Source: Antedon mediterranea
Lineage: Eukaryota > Animalia > Echinodermata
NCBI RefSeq assembly: GCF_964355755.1
Contig: NC_092670.1
Location: 14,742,795-14,806,794, forward strand
Direction: 5' to 3'
Length of the DNA stretch: 64,000 nt
Shown here: piece after piece, positions 1 to 15,200 of the stretch
Numbering within the stretch: position 1 is the first letter of the stretch
How the letters are laid out: each line of letters starts with the position of its first letter
Notes under the pieces: generated by a model
What the model saw: the letters and a program-made list of their open reading frames with translations, nothing else
What the model was told of the DNA's origin: nothing
Database searches by the model: none
Translations under genes and position numbers: made by a program

Positions 1-51
1 ACTATGAAAGAATATGAAACATTTCAACAACAAAATGAAATATTTTCTTAC

Positions 52-216
52 CATAGCATGTCGGTTTAGGACTTGTATATTTTCCATCTTCACAATACAC
101 GACATCAGCCCCAACCAAACTAAAGTTGTCAAAACATCTGTATGAAGTTTTACCACCATGAGTAATATCGTTCTTGATGATTCCATTTTCAAGATTACTT
201 TGTTTTGCACAATTTA
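52..216 (-). CDS. CCP/Sushi exon 47
   Basis: 165 nt, AG/GT; NCAKQSNLENGIIKNDITHGGKTSYRCFDNFSLVGADVVYCEDGKYTSPKPTCY. Confidence 0.9.
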
Positions 217-3200
217 CTATAAAAAATATGTAACAATTAAAAAAATGTAAATGGTTTCGTCAACAAAATTGACAACACCCTATGTGAACTACAAACAAGT
301 GTGTCAATTTGTAGAGTTGAAGGATATTTATATTCCCTAAACATGTACTATAAAGTTTGATTAATTAAAGCCCAAATTAAAAACTTACGTTTACAGCTGG
401 GTATGTTACTACTATATTGACCATCATAGCAAAAGATTTCATAGTTGCCAACCAAAGTATACCCAGCATTGCAAGTAAATGTTGCATTCTGACCATGAGT
501 CAAGCTACCAGACATTTCACCATTTTTAATTAGGTTGTCTGATGGACAGTTGGCTAGAAGATAATAATTAATTATTATAATAATAAATTATCATCAGAAG
601 AAGTAAGCCAATTTGAAAAGGTAGAACATTTCAATATAAACAACCTCTATATTATTGTTTTATGAAAATTTTTTGGTTAAATAAATATTACGAAAATTAA
701 AATTAAGCCTGGCTTTGCGTAAACCCGGCTTTGCGTAAACCCAGCAAAACTGGTTCTTCACAAATAGAAAGAGCATCCGTCAAGTCAATCCAGATTAGGA
801 TGAATACAAGACTTCAACATATACATATATACAATTCTTGACAATCATTTTGGTTTATAATAGAATCCCTTTTTCACTTTGGGGAAACCTGTATTTACTT
901 ACTGTGAAACTAAAAAGTTGGAATACATGTGTTAACATTAACTCTAACCACTCCCTATTCAGGGAACATACCTATTCGTGCTACTGCCTACTTACCAAAA
1001 CATTCAGGTGAAGGATCTGTCAGAAGTCCATCTAAACACACCGAGCTATCAACACCAACTAAAGTAAAACCTTCATTACAGCTAAATGTTGTTACTCCTC
1101 CATGAACCAAATCAGCAACAATTGTACCATCTATTAATTCTGAAGGTTGTGTGCAGTCACCTGTAAAGATTAATAATTAAATAACAATCAAAATGACAAA
1201 GAATATAATAGATATTTTTATAAGTCACAAAACTATGTCAGATAAACCTATTGTAAAAGTACTTTCAGATAAGACAAATGATTGTATTGATTATTAAAAA
1301 TAATGTTCATAAACATTTAATCATGAGAATATAAATACCTACCTCTACAAACTGGCATTTCTGAACTAAGTTGTCCATTGTAGCATGTCATGTTAGACTG
1401 TCCTTCAAGACTAAATCCAGCATCACATATGATGTATATAGCACCATCATGTTTCAGCGATCCAATGTATCTGCCGTTTCTGATGACTAGGGATGGGCCA
1501 CAGTTCTCTGAAAATTAAAATAGAAAATTGTTTACTTTTACCTGTTAATTTATTCGTTTGTAGCTATAATAAAATATTTCCTACAAAATACTAATAAATG
1601 TTTTAAATAACAACAGCTCAGTTAGATCAAAGGTTTTGTATGTGGTTGCAACATGATCACTTCCATGCCCCCTAAAAGTTTGACTGAATTTCCATTGGCC
1701 AATTGTTTGGTTAACAGAAACCGGAGAATATTGTACAGACTTTGTTGCAGCCAATCATCTTTTGCACCAACAATATGTGTTTGTATATATAAAATGTGTT
1801 AGAACGTGACTTACCATAGCATACAGGGTTAGGATCTAAGTATTGTCCATTCTCGCAAACTGTATTTGTGACTCCAACTAACGAGTATCCGGGATTGCAT
1901 GTAAAGCGTATATTATCATTATGTTTATATTTTCCTTGTATGTTACCATTTACAAGTGCTTCTGGTTCTTTGCAATCAGCTAAACAAAAATAAAATTAAC
2001 ATTAAGATGGAGTAAATAAAAATTAAATTAAATAATTATATGAATTCTGGTCATAATGGTGGTCATAATTGTTGAGAACAACATAACATTATCAATATCA
2101 TAAAGAATTATGCATCATTGTTAAATTCGCTGTATAAAGTATTAGAGATACAGTTGAATTCATTCTGGCCACCATTTTTTGTATGTTTAAGCAAGGCAAT
2201 CTAACAACACAACACTGAGCTCGTCTTGCCAACATAGGTACTCGTAACTAGTCAATTGATCTTATGTTATCGACTGTACTCTTCATCTACTGTGTCTTGT
2301 ACTGTTATTATCGTGTCGCAGAGCTCAGGATTCTGTTTGATTGCCTTGGTTTATAAAGGATTATACAATAAATGGTACGTACCTTGACAAATAGCAAACT
2401 CTGCATTATAGGATCCATCTTTACATGTTACCTTCTTCTTTCCCACAATGGAATAGCCCACATTACACGTTATAGTAATGATATCTCCATGGTTAAAACC
2501 ACCAGTAAACTGACCATTCACTATTTCAGTCAAGGGAGCACAGTTTTCTGAAGAAAAAAAAAATCAAAAATAGTATTGATATTATAATTTGAAATAAATA
2601 TATTTTGGAATGGGCATATTAGAATATTAATTGTTTAAGTTGTTTTTGCCATAAGACAGTTTGTGAGCCTAAGTGTAGGAAAAGTCTTGAAAGATCTGTA
2701 ATCAAGGAATGTGCAAGTAAACCCTACAGATATTATATTTATGATTAAACTAAACCAATAACCAAACAAAAAAACAACACAAAAAAACAACACGAAAGAG
2801 AAAGAAGAAAGAGTTATAGTTGTTACGTTATACTTACCTTTACATTTTGCAGGCTTGTGGTTAAATTCGCCATCATCACATAAAATAGTTGTTTTACCAA
2901 CTGCAGTATAGCCTTCATCACAAGTTATGTTGATAGAGCCACCATGATCAAAGCTACCGCTGTACTGTCCATTGGGTATTACCAGTGAGTTGTTACAATT
3001 TTCTAAAATAAGTAATAATAATTTGAATACAGATTGTTTGAGTCTAAGGGGTTCCGAGACAGTGTAATAAACTGGTTTTATCTTAGTTGCATATATGTCT
3101 TGTATGCCTCCACACATTATAATTCAATAAATACATTCAGTATACAGGGCCGGATCCAGGTTATTATAGGGTAATTGCTCTTCTCTTTTGACAGCTAGAA

Positions 3201-6200
3201 TTAAATTCTGAAATAACTTTATATACAATTAATGTTTTCTGTTAGTGCTCCTTCATTTAAAAAATCCTGAATCTGCTCCGACGTACTGTCTAACATTTTA
3301 GGCTAACTAATTGCTTGTAAAAACCTGGTGAATGTAAGTTGCCTTCCCATACATGGTATCGTATGAGGCACTACAACCGTAAATTAAATATTCACTGTGA
3401 CTGTTGACTTACTGTAACATTTTGGTGGTTCAGTTTGGTAGTTTCCAAATTCACATTTCACCTTCAGAGTTCCTACTGGTGTAAATCCATCATCGCAACT
3501 GTACGTTGAACTGCCACCATGCACTACTTCAGCTGCTACCTGTCCATTTTGAATTGGAGCCGGCTGTAGACAGTTTGCTGAAGAACAAAATATTAAATAT
3601 TGTATTCATACTGATTCTCAGTACTGTATCTCTACGTATTTATATACAGTGTGTACGACATGTTGTGCCTGTATCATGGAAGGTTAGGTATGTATGATAC
3701 AAGTGTTACATGTGATATTTTTATACAGTATATATTAATATACATACGACTACAAATGGTATCGTCTTTTTCAAAAATTCCACTGCTACATGTCAAAGTT
3801 GGTTCCCCTACCAACGTAAACATGTCATCACAAGATACCTCTATACTCTTTCCATGTTCTGCACTTCCATTTATTTTAGAGTTTGGTATCACAGGTACAC
3901 CACAGTTTACTGTAAAAGAAAATTGATATTTATTATTATCTAAACTATCGAATCAAAATATTTATATAATATTAGTTTAACTCAATAGACGCTAACAACA
4001 CTTATAAGACAAAGTATTGACTTAGAACCTGGACACTTTAATTTTAAATTTTTTTAAATTCTGCATTACTCACAAAAGCATTCTGGATTTGGGTCTTCAT
4101 AATTTCCATCATTACAAGTAGTTTCAGAAACTCCAACAAGAGTAAATCTTGGTGCACAGTTGAATACTGCTATTCCACCATGATTAGTGTCAGCCTGCAC
4201 AGTGCCATTTCCAAGAGGGGCTGGATACTCACAATTTTCTACCAAAAAAAAGAATGTTATCATAATAATCCAAAATAAGTACAAGATAATCTTCCTGAGC
4301 CTAAAGATAAACCAATACTCTGAGAATAGAGATACTAATTAACTAACCAATTTACTCACCGCAATCACATCTGGAAATAAATACACCATGCAGAAGATTC
4401 ACTGAATATGACTGCATCCTTGCTAGTCGGATACACTGGATTGATATAATGTATTTCTTTAGTTTATTCAATTTGTTTTAGTAATTATGTACTTACTTTT
4501 ACAAGAAAAGTCAAAATCTGCAAATGTTCCATCATCACACGTGGTATAGTTAACGCCTACAGCTGTGTAGCCCTGTACACAACTGTAGAACAATGAATCA
4601 CCGTGTTTCGAATTACCTACAAACTCAGCGTTGAGAATGATAGGTGGTGTTGTGCAGTCGGCTATAAAACAAAAGTAGTGGAAAAAAAAATGTTGAATTC
4701 TATTCTTCTGCTTCAAAAATAATAAAATTACCTTTACCATAATTGTCCAGACATTGCTTGTAAGTAGTCAAAACTCAAGAGTATTCAACAGTCTGACAAA
4801 CTTGTTAGACCATGACCATGAAGTATTCAGTGGACAAAGTACCCATTTAATTAAAATTGGCTTATTCAAAAGATTAATATTGTCATCTATTTAGAATTTG
4901 CTAGTTTACACTAAAAAAAATTTATAAACTAAAATAAAAACATATTTACCATAGCAAACTGGAGCCTCGCCATTGTACTGTCCATCTCTACATGAAAGTG
5001 AGGGTCGACCCACAATACTGTAACCATCATTACATCTAAAGCGTACTTTATCACCATGGTTGTTACCTCCGTTGACAAGTCCATTCTCAAGGTCAAGAGG
5101 ACGACAGTTAGCTGAAAAGTATTTCATGGTGTTAACTCAAGAAACCATTTCCAAGAGACGTTCTTTACTAGTATTGTTAATGTAGCGTTCAATTTAAATT
5201 ATGTAAGTTATGTCCATAGTTATCATCAACTAAAATGCACTATTGCTTACCTCTGCATACAGGTGAAGCCGTGTTGTAAATACCATCAGTACACTCGAGA
5301 ACTGGAGAACCCACCAGTATATACCCATCGTTGCATTTGAATGTAAGGACACCACCGTGTGAAAAACTTCCAGACACTTCTCCATTTTCAATCTTTTCTA
5401 TTTCATCACAATTGTCTGTCAATGGAAGAATTAAGGTAAAGTAATTAGTTTGTAAGAATAGGGAATTAGAAAATTTAACAGATATGTAAGAAAAGAGTCA
5501 TTCACCATAGAACATTATTATGCTATGTATTGAATAGTTTTAAATTTTGCAAATTTAAGAAGTCAGATAATTCAAATTCTGAGTATTATTTTACTAGGTT
5601 AATCATAAATTGTGTGAAATGTTTACCTTTAACAGGGACAAAATTTAATTAATACATTTAGTTATTTATTTCAACAGTATTTACGAGGGTAGTTTATCTA
5701 GCCAAAGATGATAATTTAGAACACTCAGAGCAATTTGATTTGAATTTGACAAGATAAATAATACTAATATAAACAACTTACCACTACAAATTGGTAATGA
5801 ATTATCATATAGACCATCGTAACATCTTACTTCAGCACTACCAACAAGTGTATAACCTGTTATACAACTGAAACTCAGACTTCCTCCATGTTCACTTGAA
5901 CCAGTAACAAACCCATTTACAAGATTGTCGATATCTTGACAGTTTTCTGTACAAAAAAAGAATACGGTAGCATTAGTTTTTTATTTAAGTGACAAGTTCA
6001 ATATTATTCATCATCATCATTTAAGTTTCATGAGTTTAATATTGTCCAGAGAAAAACCCTGCATGACATATAGCTAAAACTTTCAAAAATCTGATAGAGT
6101 ACTTTACCAAAACACTCAATTGACTTGGCATCAACATCAAAGTTTCCATTATAACATGTCGCCCTGTCAGACCCCACAAGAGAAAAGCCAGCATTACACG

Positions 6201-9200
6201 AGATGTAGACAGTTTCATTGTGAGTAGTTTCCCCAGTGACCAGAGCATCTGATATTGGTCCAAACTGCTCACAGTTTGCTAAAAATAAAAATAGACAGAC
6301 ACTATCAAAATATTACTGCGAGTTATACATTGATAGTTACTTGCCTGACCCCAAAACACTATGTTAAAATCCTGTCTGGTGTCAGATTTCTCTCATAGCA
6401 ACGCAAATCCACTAAAGACTATTAAGGTAGAGCGTCTTGTGTGTATGCTTGTCTTGTAAACAAAAACAACTTAAATTTGATCTTGAGGATTGTTGGCAAT
6501 ATATCAGTAGATTCAGAGCTTATATGATGTACTAACTTATAAAATAGATTCAGTGGTACTGTATATTGTGCATAAGAGTTAAATAAACATTTTTCTTACC
6601 ATAACATTCTGGAAGTTTTACATTTAGTGCACCATCAACACAGGCTATTTCTTCATATCCCACCAGAGTATAGTCACCATCACATGTAAAAGTGATGACA
6701 CTACCATGGCGAAGTGAGCCTGTAATCTGACCATTAGGAAAATCAATACTCTCTGGTGGACAGTTTGCTGAAAAAGGGAAATATTGGTAATTTAAATTTT
6801 TTTTTTAAGCATAGCTTGCCATCATCTCCATGCTATTAATTATGAGTGGTCTTGTCATATTAAGCAATATCTTTTGGAATATTTCTATTCAGGAATCCAG
6901 AGGAAACCCCTCTTAAGAGGACTCTGAAAAATGACATTTTTTTAAATTAAGGCCAACCCTTATTCAGGGGACATCCCTCACAAGGAGAACCTTTGTTGGG
7001 TATTGAAGGTGTTACATTAATATGAGATTTAAAGATAATAATTAAAATATTACCATAACATTTCGGTAAACTTGTGTTAGAGGAATACACGTAGCTTCCA
7101 TCAATACAAGTGGCTGACGATTCTCCAACTAATTCATATCCATCAATACATGTGAAGAATACCATGCTGTTATGTTCCAAGCGTCCTTGGACTGTGGCAA
7201 AATCAACATCTGGTAACGAGGTACAGCGAGCTGTGTTGAAACAAATTATACAAATACAATTATTATTATTACAACAATACAATACAAAGGGTTACATTAG
7301 GTGGTTAAAATCAGTGCTGAATGTATGAACCAACTTTTTACCTAATTTTGCCCTTATGTAAATTTATATATAGATACAATTCTTCAATAATGTCTGGATA
7401 TTGGTGAAATTAATAATATTTATTACAGGGGTGGCGCCAGGATCTTCCCGACGCGGGGGATACAATCCTCGACGAGGGGGCTATGCGAGCGAAGCGAGCA
7501 TCACAAGGCTGGGGGCCAGGGGGCCGCCAAGGGCCCCCGGTGGGAGTCCAGGGGGCGAAGCCCCCGGCAGCAACGCGTTCTAGCGTCATTTGAGGTCATT
7601 TTAATCAGATTTAGGGTAGCCATTTTTTCCATTTTTTATAATGCATAAATAAAATACTGCGTGCAAAAAAACGATGCGCGATGACTGTTTCAATCCATAT
7701 TTTTCAATTTAAAAAATAAAAGTTCAAAGAAAATTTAGAAAAATAGAGTTGGAGGTCCTGGAAATTGGACTTATTATATTTCAAAACATGAAACAAAATA
7801 TATAAGTCCCTATCATGGTTGTGACTGAGCTAAGAAATGTTTGAAAAATATAGATGTTAGGTCTCGGAAAATGCACTTCTTGTACTTCGAAATATGACCA
7901 GCTTTATTGTTGGGGCTGAGCTAAGAAAATGTTTAAAACTAGAGCTGCAGGTCTTCAAAAAATTGCATTTTATACTTTGGAAACATCAGGCCCATAGGCT
8001 TAAAAAACGCAAGCGTAGACCTTTTTCAGTCGGGGAAATAAGTTTATTCCTCCCAAGTGTATGCCTGCGTACCATCTGGACTTCCGAGTGTTGAGAAATT
8101 CATGACATACAGGACATTGAAAATTTAATAACTTAGCTATAAAGATGTTGGCTAAGCGAAAATGGCATGTTTTTTTGTTTAGTAATGGATGAAATATTTA
8201 TTTTAGGTGCCCCACGGTACAGGTTACTTGTAAATTAAAAAATTGGTGAACATACGAACAATTAACATAATTCGTTTTTGCTGTAGTGTAGCGTACGTCG
8301 ACACAGTACACGACGTAACCGTCGGTAAACTTCGCCTGGAAAATAACTACAGTACACATTTTGGTCCCTGGATGGAACATGATATCACGACCCAACGTTG
8401 AACGATTCGTACAACGGGATACCGCCAGACAAGTGCGTACCTATAGCTATTGTTTAGTAGTAAGTTAGATCGCTGGCAATAATGAATGCATATAAAGTGC
8501 ATAATATTACTCTGACGTACTCTCACGGTCAATGAAACGTCGCGGTTTTCTAGGCGCTGAAGCTACCAAGTGAACGCTAACGTTTTTTACTGTATATTAT
8601 ATTCCCCGACAAAAAGTACCCGTGTTCCCTTCGGTAACCGTCGGTAAACTTCGCCTGGAAAATAACTACATTACACATTTTGGTCCCTGGATGGAACATG
8701 ATATCACGCGTCTCGACCCAACGGTGAACGATTCGTACAAAGGGATACCGCCAAACAAGTGTGTACTAGCTATTGTTTAGTAGTTAGATCTCTGGCAATA
8801 ATGAATGCATAAAAGTGCATAATAGCCCTCTGACGTACTCTCACGGTCAATGGAATGTCGTGGTTTTCTAGGCGCTGAAGCTATATGAAGTGAACGTGAA
8901 TTTTTGTTACTGTATGTTATATTCCCCAACAAAAAGTACCCGTGTTCCCCGACGGGGGGGCTAGGCTTCCCGACGAGGGGGCTAGAGCCCCCGTAGCCCC
9001 CCCCCCCCCCGCTGGCGCCACCACTGATTTGTTAATCACTTCTTACCATAACAGACTGGTTTTAACTCATTTACTGGATATTCATATGTTCCATTGTTAC
9101 AAGTTGCAGATGATGCTCCTACTAAATTGTAGCCAGAGTCACAGCTAATATCCATTGTACTCGCATGAGCATCCGAAGTCCGTTGAACACTTCCATTTGG

Positions 9201-12200
9201 AATGAGTGGGGTTAAGGCACAGTTTTCTACAAAGAATACACAAATTGTTATGTTAAGGGAATTCCGTAAATCCTAAAATAAGCTGCCATTTGCTTATGGT
9301 ATTTCTAATCTAATCCCATATAAGTAAACAGGCACTATGATTAAAGGTTTGAAAGATGATAATGGATGGACTGACTCAATGTTTGATTATAGATCCTGCT
9401 AAATGAGCTCTTTTTTACATTGTTCTTTTAATCAATGTATATTAGGTACTGCATGTAGCTGTAGGCCTAATTGATAACGTGAAAAGACCAATATATTATT
9501 TTACCATAACAGACTGGAATTTCATCGCTATATTTTCCGTTGTTACATGTTAACTTTTTGCGTCCTACCAGAGTGTATCCATCAAAACACGAGAAACGTA
9601 CACGACCATCATGTTCAAATGACGTGGCAGTCACCAGACCATTTGGTAGAAAGAAAATGGGCTCACAGTTTGCTACAAAAAATGAGTATAGTGTAATAAT
9701 AAATTAGGGAAGTTGGCAGTTTCACGATGATAGTTTCATGGAGAAACAGTACTTAATAGTGGAGAAGATATTGAGAGGGTTATTCTCAAGTATTTTGTTT
9801 ATTGAGATAAAAACATGGGATATAATACAATTAAAGATTAGGCGACACCATTTAAAAATGCAAAGTTTCAAGAAAATTACTATAAAAATAGTACAATAAA
9901 AAATAATAATAAAAAAAATAATTTTTTCTTTTTTATTTTTTCCCTTAGATTTCCTAAAGTCTAGATCTTACCATAACATGTTGGTTCCTTTTTCTTATTG
10001 GCCAGAACATATTGACCATCATCACATGTTGAAAACTTAGCACCAACCAATGAATAACCTTCGTTACATGTGTAATCAATAGTGGATCCATGGTTGTTTG
10101 ATGATTTGGTAACACTTCCATATTCAAGAATTGGTTCATCAAAACAATTTTCTAGTATTAATTAAAAACAAGAAATAGAATAGAGTTAATTGTGTATAAT
10201 AATGTTTTTTTTTATAAATACTGCAAAACACCACATGGTAAGTATTTTAATAATATATTAATTTTACTAGAAATAAATAATATAGAAGATAATAAAGAAG
10301 AAATAAAAAATAGATTTAGGAGAGATTGCAAAATCAAAATACCATAACATGTTGGAAGTAGTCCTCCTTCATATACAAAGTTTCCTGCATCACACTCAGC
10401 ATAGCTACCTCCCACACGAGTGTAATCATCATTACATTCAAATGTTACCACACTTCCATGTGTACTGTTGCCATTTACAACACCATTATCAAGAGGGGGT
10501 AAAGTAAGACAATCAGCTGAAAAACACAACATTTAAGTTTAACATTTCTCAAAGGGTACTATTGACTTGCTATGAAATGGTAAGACCATAATAACATATT
10601 CTGTGATGTTAGCTTTTACTTTTATAGGAAATATATATATATCTTTTAAAAAATTAATAATCATTTTGCATTTTCTAATTTAACTGATAGATTAATGAAA
10701 AAAAATGGGATTAAAGAACTGACTGATAGATTTAAAATGGAAACTAATATTAATGTACTCTTCCAGGTAAGAAAATATGTATTTTAGCTGATATTATATC
10801 TAGAATATTTATCTAACCATGAGATACAAAAGTGTATATGTAGGCCCTACCTATGCATTGAGTATCAGTTGAACTCAGCTGACCATCTTCACATGTAATA
10901 ATGTTTGATCCAACAAGACTATATCCAAAATCACATGTAATTTCAATAGCACCTCCGTGTTGGAAACTTCCACTAAATTGCCCATTTGGAATAGTGAACT
11001 CGTTGCAGTTGCCTGAAATAATAGTAAAATACACATATCACATACATATTAAAACCAAACAACTTATCCTAAAGCTCTTTCTGCATTATTAAACTAGTTT
11101 GACAAAAGAAAGTATGATTTGCCCAAATATTATGGTAATATGATGTCATCGTTATGGGTACATCACATTTTTTTGTAACATAAAGTTTGATAGTGTAGGC
11201 AGAGCGTTAAACCATCCCTGTTGCAGAGAGAGATTTTGAGATTCCTGATTTGATTCATTTTGTCTAATTATTAAAATAGAAAATAACATTATTAAATTAA
11301 CAGTTGTTTCTGCATTTTTAGTGAGATCTCAATTTAGGACCTACGCATTATTGTGTCTTAGAATCCACCAAAACCATGTTGAATAATCGAAAACTTCCCT
11401 GCATACATTGTATATATATTATATGTCCAAATGTCATTTCAAATTGAAAGCTCCCAAATAACATATACACAATTTTTGTAACATGTAAAAAGAATTTAAT
11501 TTAGTTTTAAACGACAATCTATAATTATTTTACCAGGTTTTTAGCTGAGACTAGTCTTTTAAAAAGTAGGCCTACTATTATATAGAAAAATGTCTTTTTC
11601 TTAATTTTCTTTAATATTTACCTAAGCACTGTTGGTTCAATTCTTCAAATTGTCCATTTATGCATGTTGTTCTGGCTGCCCCAATCAGTGTGTATCCATC
11701 ATTACATTTGAATTTAGCCACACCACCATGATTGAGTACAGCATCTACTCTTCCATTGTCAAGGAACGGTGGTGACTCACAGTTTTCTAACAAAATCAAA
11801 ACAAATGGTTCTCTTCAGGAAATTCCTACACACTATAGGGTGAGCTCACATCGCTCGCTCCTCCTCTAGGAAGTGTAGACGATGGTTCTTGGAATAATAA
11901 TGACTCGGATAAAAAGGTTTTAGAAGGACGTTTTCCTTGTACGTTTTCTGTAGGTTACCATTATTGAAAATTCTTGACATTTGTAAAAACTAAACCTCCG
12001 TTTCACAGTGTCTTAGATGATTAATAACATTTTAAAGTATAGTGTTTATTGTTTGGTATGGCCCTTATAGGGCGGAGGTGGGGAGGCGGAGTTCATTTGA
12101 GGGAGGTGCTTATTCGAGGGATACGTTTAATTTTTTAGTTTTAATAATATGGTAACATTTATAATCAATTGAAATCCTCTAGTAGATATGAAAAGTGTTA

Positions 12201-15200
12201 AAAAATAATAAATGTTTGGTAAATTGTGTGATGAATTCTACTACAAATAGTATAATTGTGTTATTATAAATATAATACAAAATTGTGTGTATAAATGTGG
12301 ATAGGCGTTTATTAGATAGATAGGTTGGGGGGCGGGTATTATTATTCAAAGCGATTTTTTATTGGGGATGTTTTGGGCATTTATTCAAATAAATACCATC
12401 CTAATAATTAATACATTATTTAATTTAAACATCTTTTGAAACTAACTTTCGCGCGACAGAGTGGGCCGTTTCGGCCAAAGAAGGAAGACGTTTTAGACAG
12501 CTTGCAACATGGGCAGACGTATCCTGGTCCCAACGGGACACAGATAGCCAATAGTTACCCAATAAAACTCGGCTATCGGGATTTCACTCGATTTTAAACA
12601 AAAGGTCTTATCATCAGATCTCCCTTATTTTATATTACTATTCCCCACAATATACTCCGATGCTTTATGGCGTATATTTAATTTGATCTTTATAGTAGCA
12701 GTATAATTTTTATTAACTACTGTCCTTCACACGCGCGGTCCGATCCGAAAGTAAACAAAAAACTAAAATGGCTATAGCCACTAACTGCCAACTTAGTTGA
12801 AACCAGGAAGTTGCAAGGTGAACACCCGTGAACGGTGAGCTCATCATGAACCCAGAAATTACTTGGACCGCATACAATTGAAATTGAATTGAAAATCTAC
12901 CGATGCAATCAGAACTTTGGTGTTAAAACCCTTTATATATCTTCCTAAAATAGAAATATATATCGTAATAGTGGAAACTAATGTTATCAAATCTACGTTT
13001 CACGGTTCATCTGAGATATATAAGGTAGGTAACCAAGGCGGAGATTTGTCCCAAAGTTTTTCCATTGTGCTCGTCTATGTCAGAATTAACCATAATTTAT
13101 ATACAGTATAGATGTGCAAACAACTTTGATGGATGATAATTTAAATAATGTTTTCCATTGCTCATTCATGCATTAGTCTACTAATGAGTTTTCTTTCTAC
13201 ACAGAAAGTTTAATCTTCTGTCATGTGTATGTAACTGCCATCTGCTGGACAATCCTATCCAAATTCACATTTTCAATCAAGTTTCCCTTATAATTCATTG
13301 ATAACAAGATCTTATGAGTTGACAATGAAAATGGCAATTTCATTTGTACAATGAAATATAACTATGAAATAATTTTAGATGGTATTAAGGTAAAGTGATT
13401 TATTATTCTAGTACTTTAATCTAGTGATTTAAATTCTAGGCCTATGAAATGATGTCGAGAATCTACTGTAGGCTTACTTAGCATTTATTAAATCAGTCTA
13501 CTTACTGAAACAAGATGGGATGTCTCCATTGTATTGTCCATCATTGCAGTCAACCTTCTTACGTCCTACCAAAGTGTAGTCCTCATTACAAGAAAATCTA
13601 ACTCTTTGGCCGTGATCAAAAGAACCTTCTAGTTGCCCATTTTGGAAATCAGTAATAGGAACACAATTTGCTTTAATGGAAAGAAAATCATTAAACTATT
13701 AGTAATTACTATGTATTTATCTACATACTGTAGGTGTCAAAACGTATAGACTGTAAGTGAAGGAGTAGCGTTACTACTCAAAAATAACATACATATTAAT
13801 ACAGTGTGTATGTCGAAAAGGGAGATGAACATCAAGATTGTTAGCAAAGGTTCAGTTTCTACTTGAACTAACCCACGGACAGTATGTGGTATCATTCAGT
13901 GAAGTGACTGCCAGTACTAAATTCCTATCTCACAACATTTTTGTATACCAGTACCATTGAAAATAGTACAGTAGTAGTAGTAGTACAAAGTATTACCATA
14001 ACATTTTGATTCAGATTCTTCTGAACCAATTACATAGTTTCCATTGTCACACACAGCAGTGTTAGCTCCAACTAGCGAATACCCTTCGGAACATTGATAG
14101 TTCAGTGAACTTCCATGGATGTTAGATGAGTATGAAACGTTTCCATTTTTCAAGATGGGAGCATCATCACAATTTGCTAAAATGAAACAAAGCAATTAAA
14201 TGTAGTTTGATAACTGTAGTTTACGAAATAATTTCATGAAGGGAATGAAGTATGATGATATAAAACAGAAATAATATTTGTTAATATAACTAGAAATGTG
14301 TTGATTTGTCTTGTTTTGCCTTGTTATTTTGTAAGACCAGTTTTTGGCGTAGACCTAGTAACTTATAAAAGTGATAGAATGTTAACTGACTTTTAACATA
14401 TAAGTAGCAATTACCTAAACATTATATTACTTACTGTACACTAATAAGTATACACATTATATACCGTAGGTGTAGAAGGTAACTATTATACCAAATAACA
14501 TTATCTAACTGGACTGAACTGAGTTCGTTATACAAGTAGGCCTATAGCTGCCAAATAACTGAACATGTTATAATTACCATAGCACTCGGGTTGAGAGAGT
14601 CCAGATGCATAAATATATTGGCCATCTATACAGTTTGCTGTGTTTGCACCAAATAAACTATACCCGTCGAGACAATAGAAGAACACACTGTCAGAGTGTC
14701 TGTATTCACCAGTAATGAGCCCATTAGCCAATGTAGGATGTTCATTACAATCTCCTAAAATATAATTAGAAAAAGAAGTAGTCTTTTATTCCCTGTAGAA
14801 CAGACATGTTTGTGCATGGTATCATGTTTGTTGTGAACTTACGTCTGCAAATAGCATATGATGAACTGTATTGTCCATTTTCACATGTTATTGTTGTTTC
14901 TCCTACCAATGTATAACCAACATCACATGTGAATGTAATTGATCCCCCATGAGTAAAGCTACCAGTGTACCGACCATTTAAAATGCTGATTGTTGATTCA
15001 CAGTTTTCTAGAAAAAATAAAATGTGTTTATATAAATGGCATTAAGTAACAAATAATACTAATAAATATATTAAATTATTAGCCCAAAAAAAAGCCCATT
15101 TCTAATCTAAATATTGATGTTTCAGCAATATGTATTGTGTAAAAGCATATGCATCACAGATTATCAGTTCAGTAAGAAATGAGGACGTATTGATTATGAT

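Noticed and set aside
707-745. GGCTTTGCGTAAACCC tandem pair
   Set aside because: Two-copy 16-bp slippage duplication; no further structure
7401-7583. Gly/Arg/Pro-rich ORF resembling an RGG protein
   Set aside because: It is the GC-rich subterminal repeat of the hAT element
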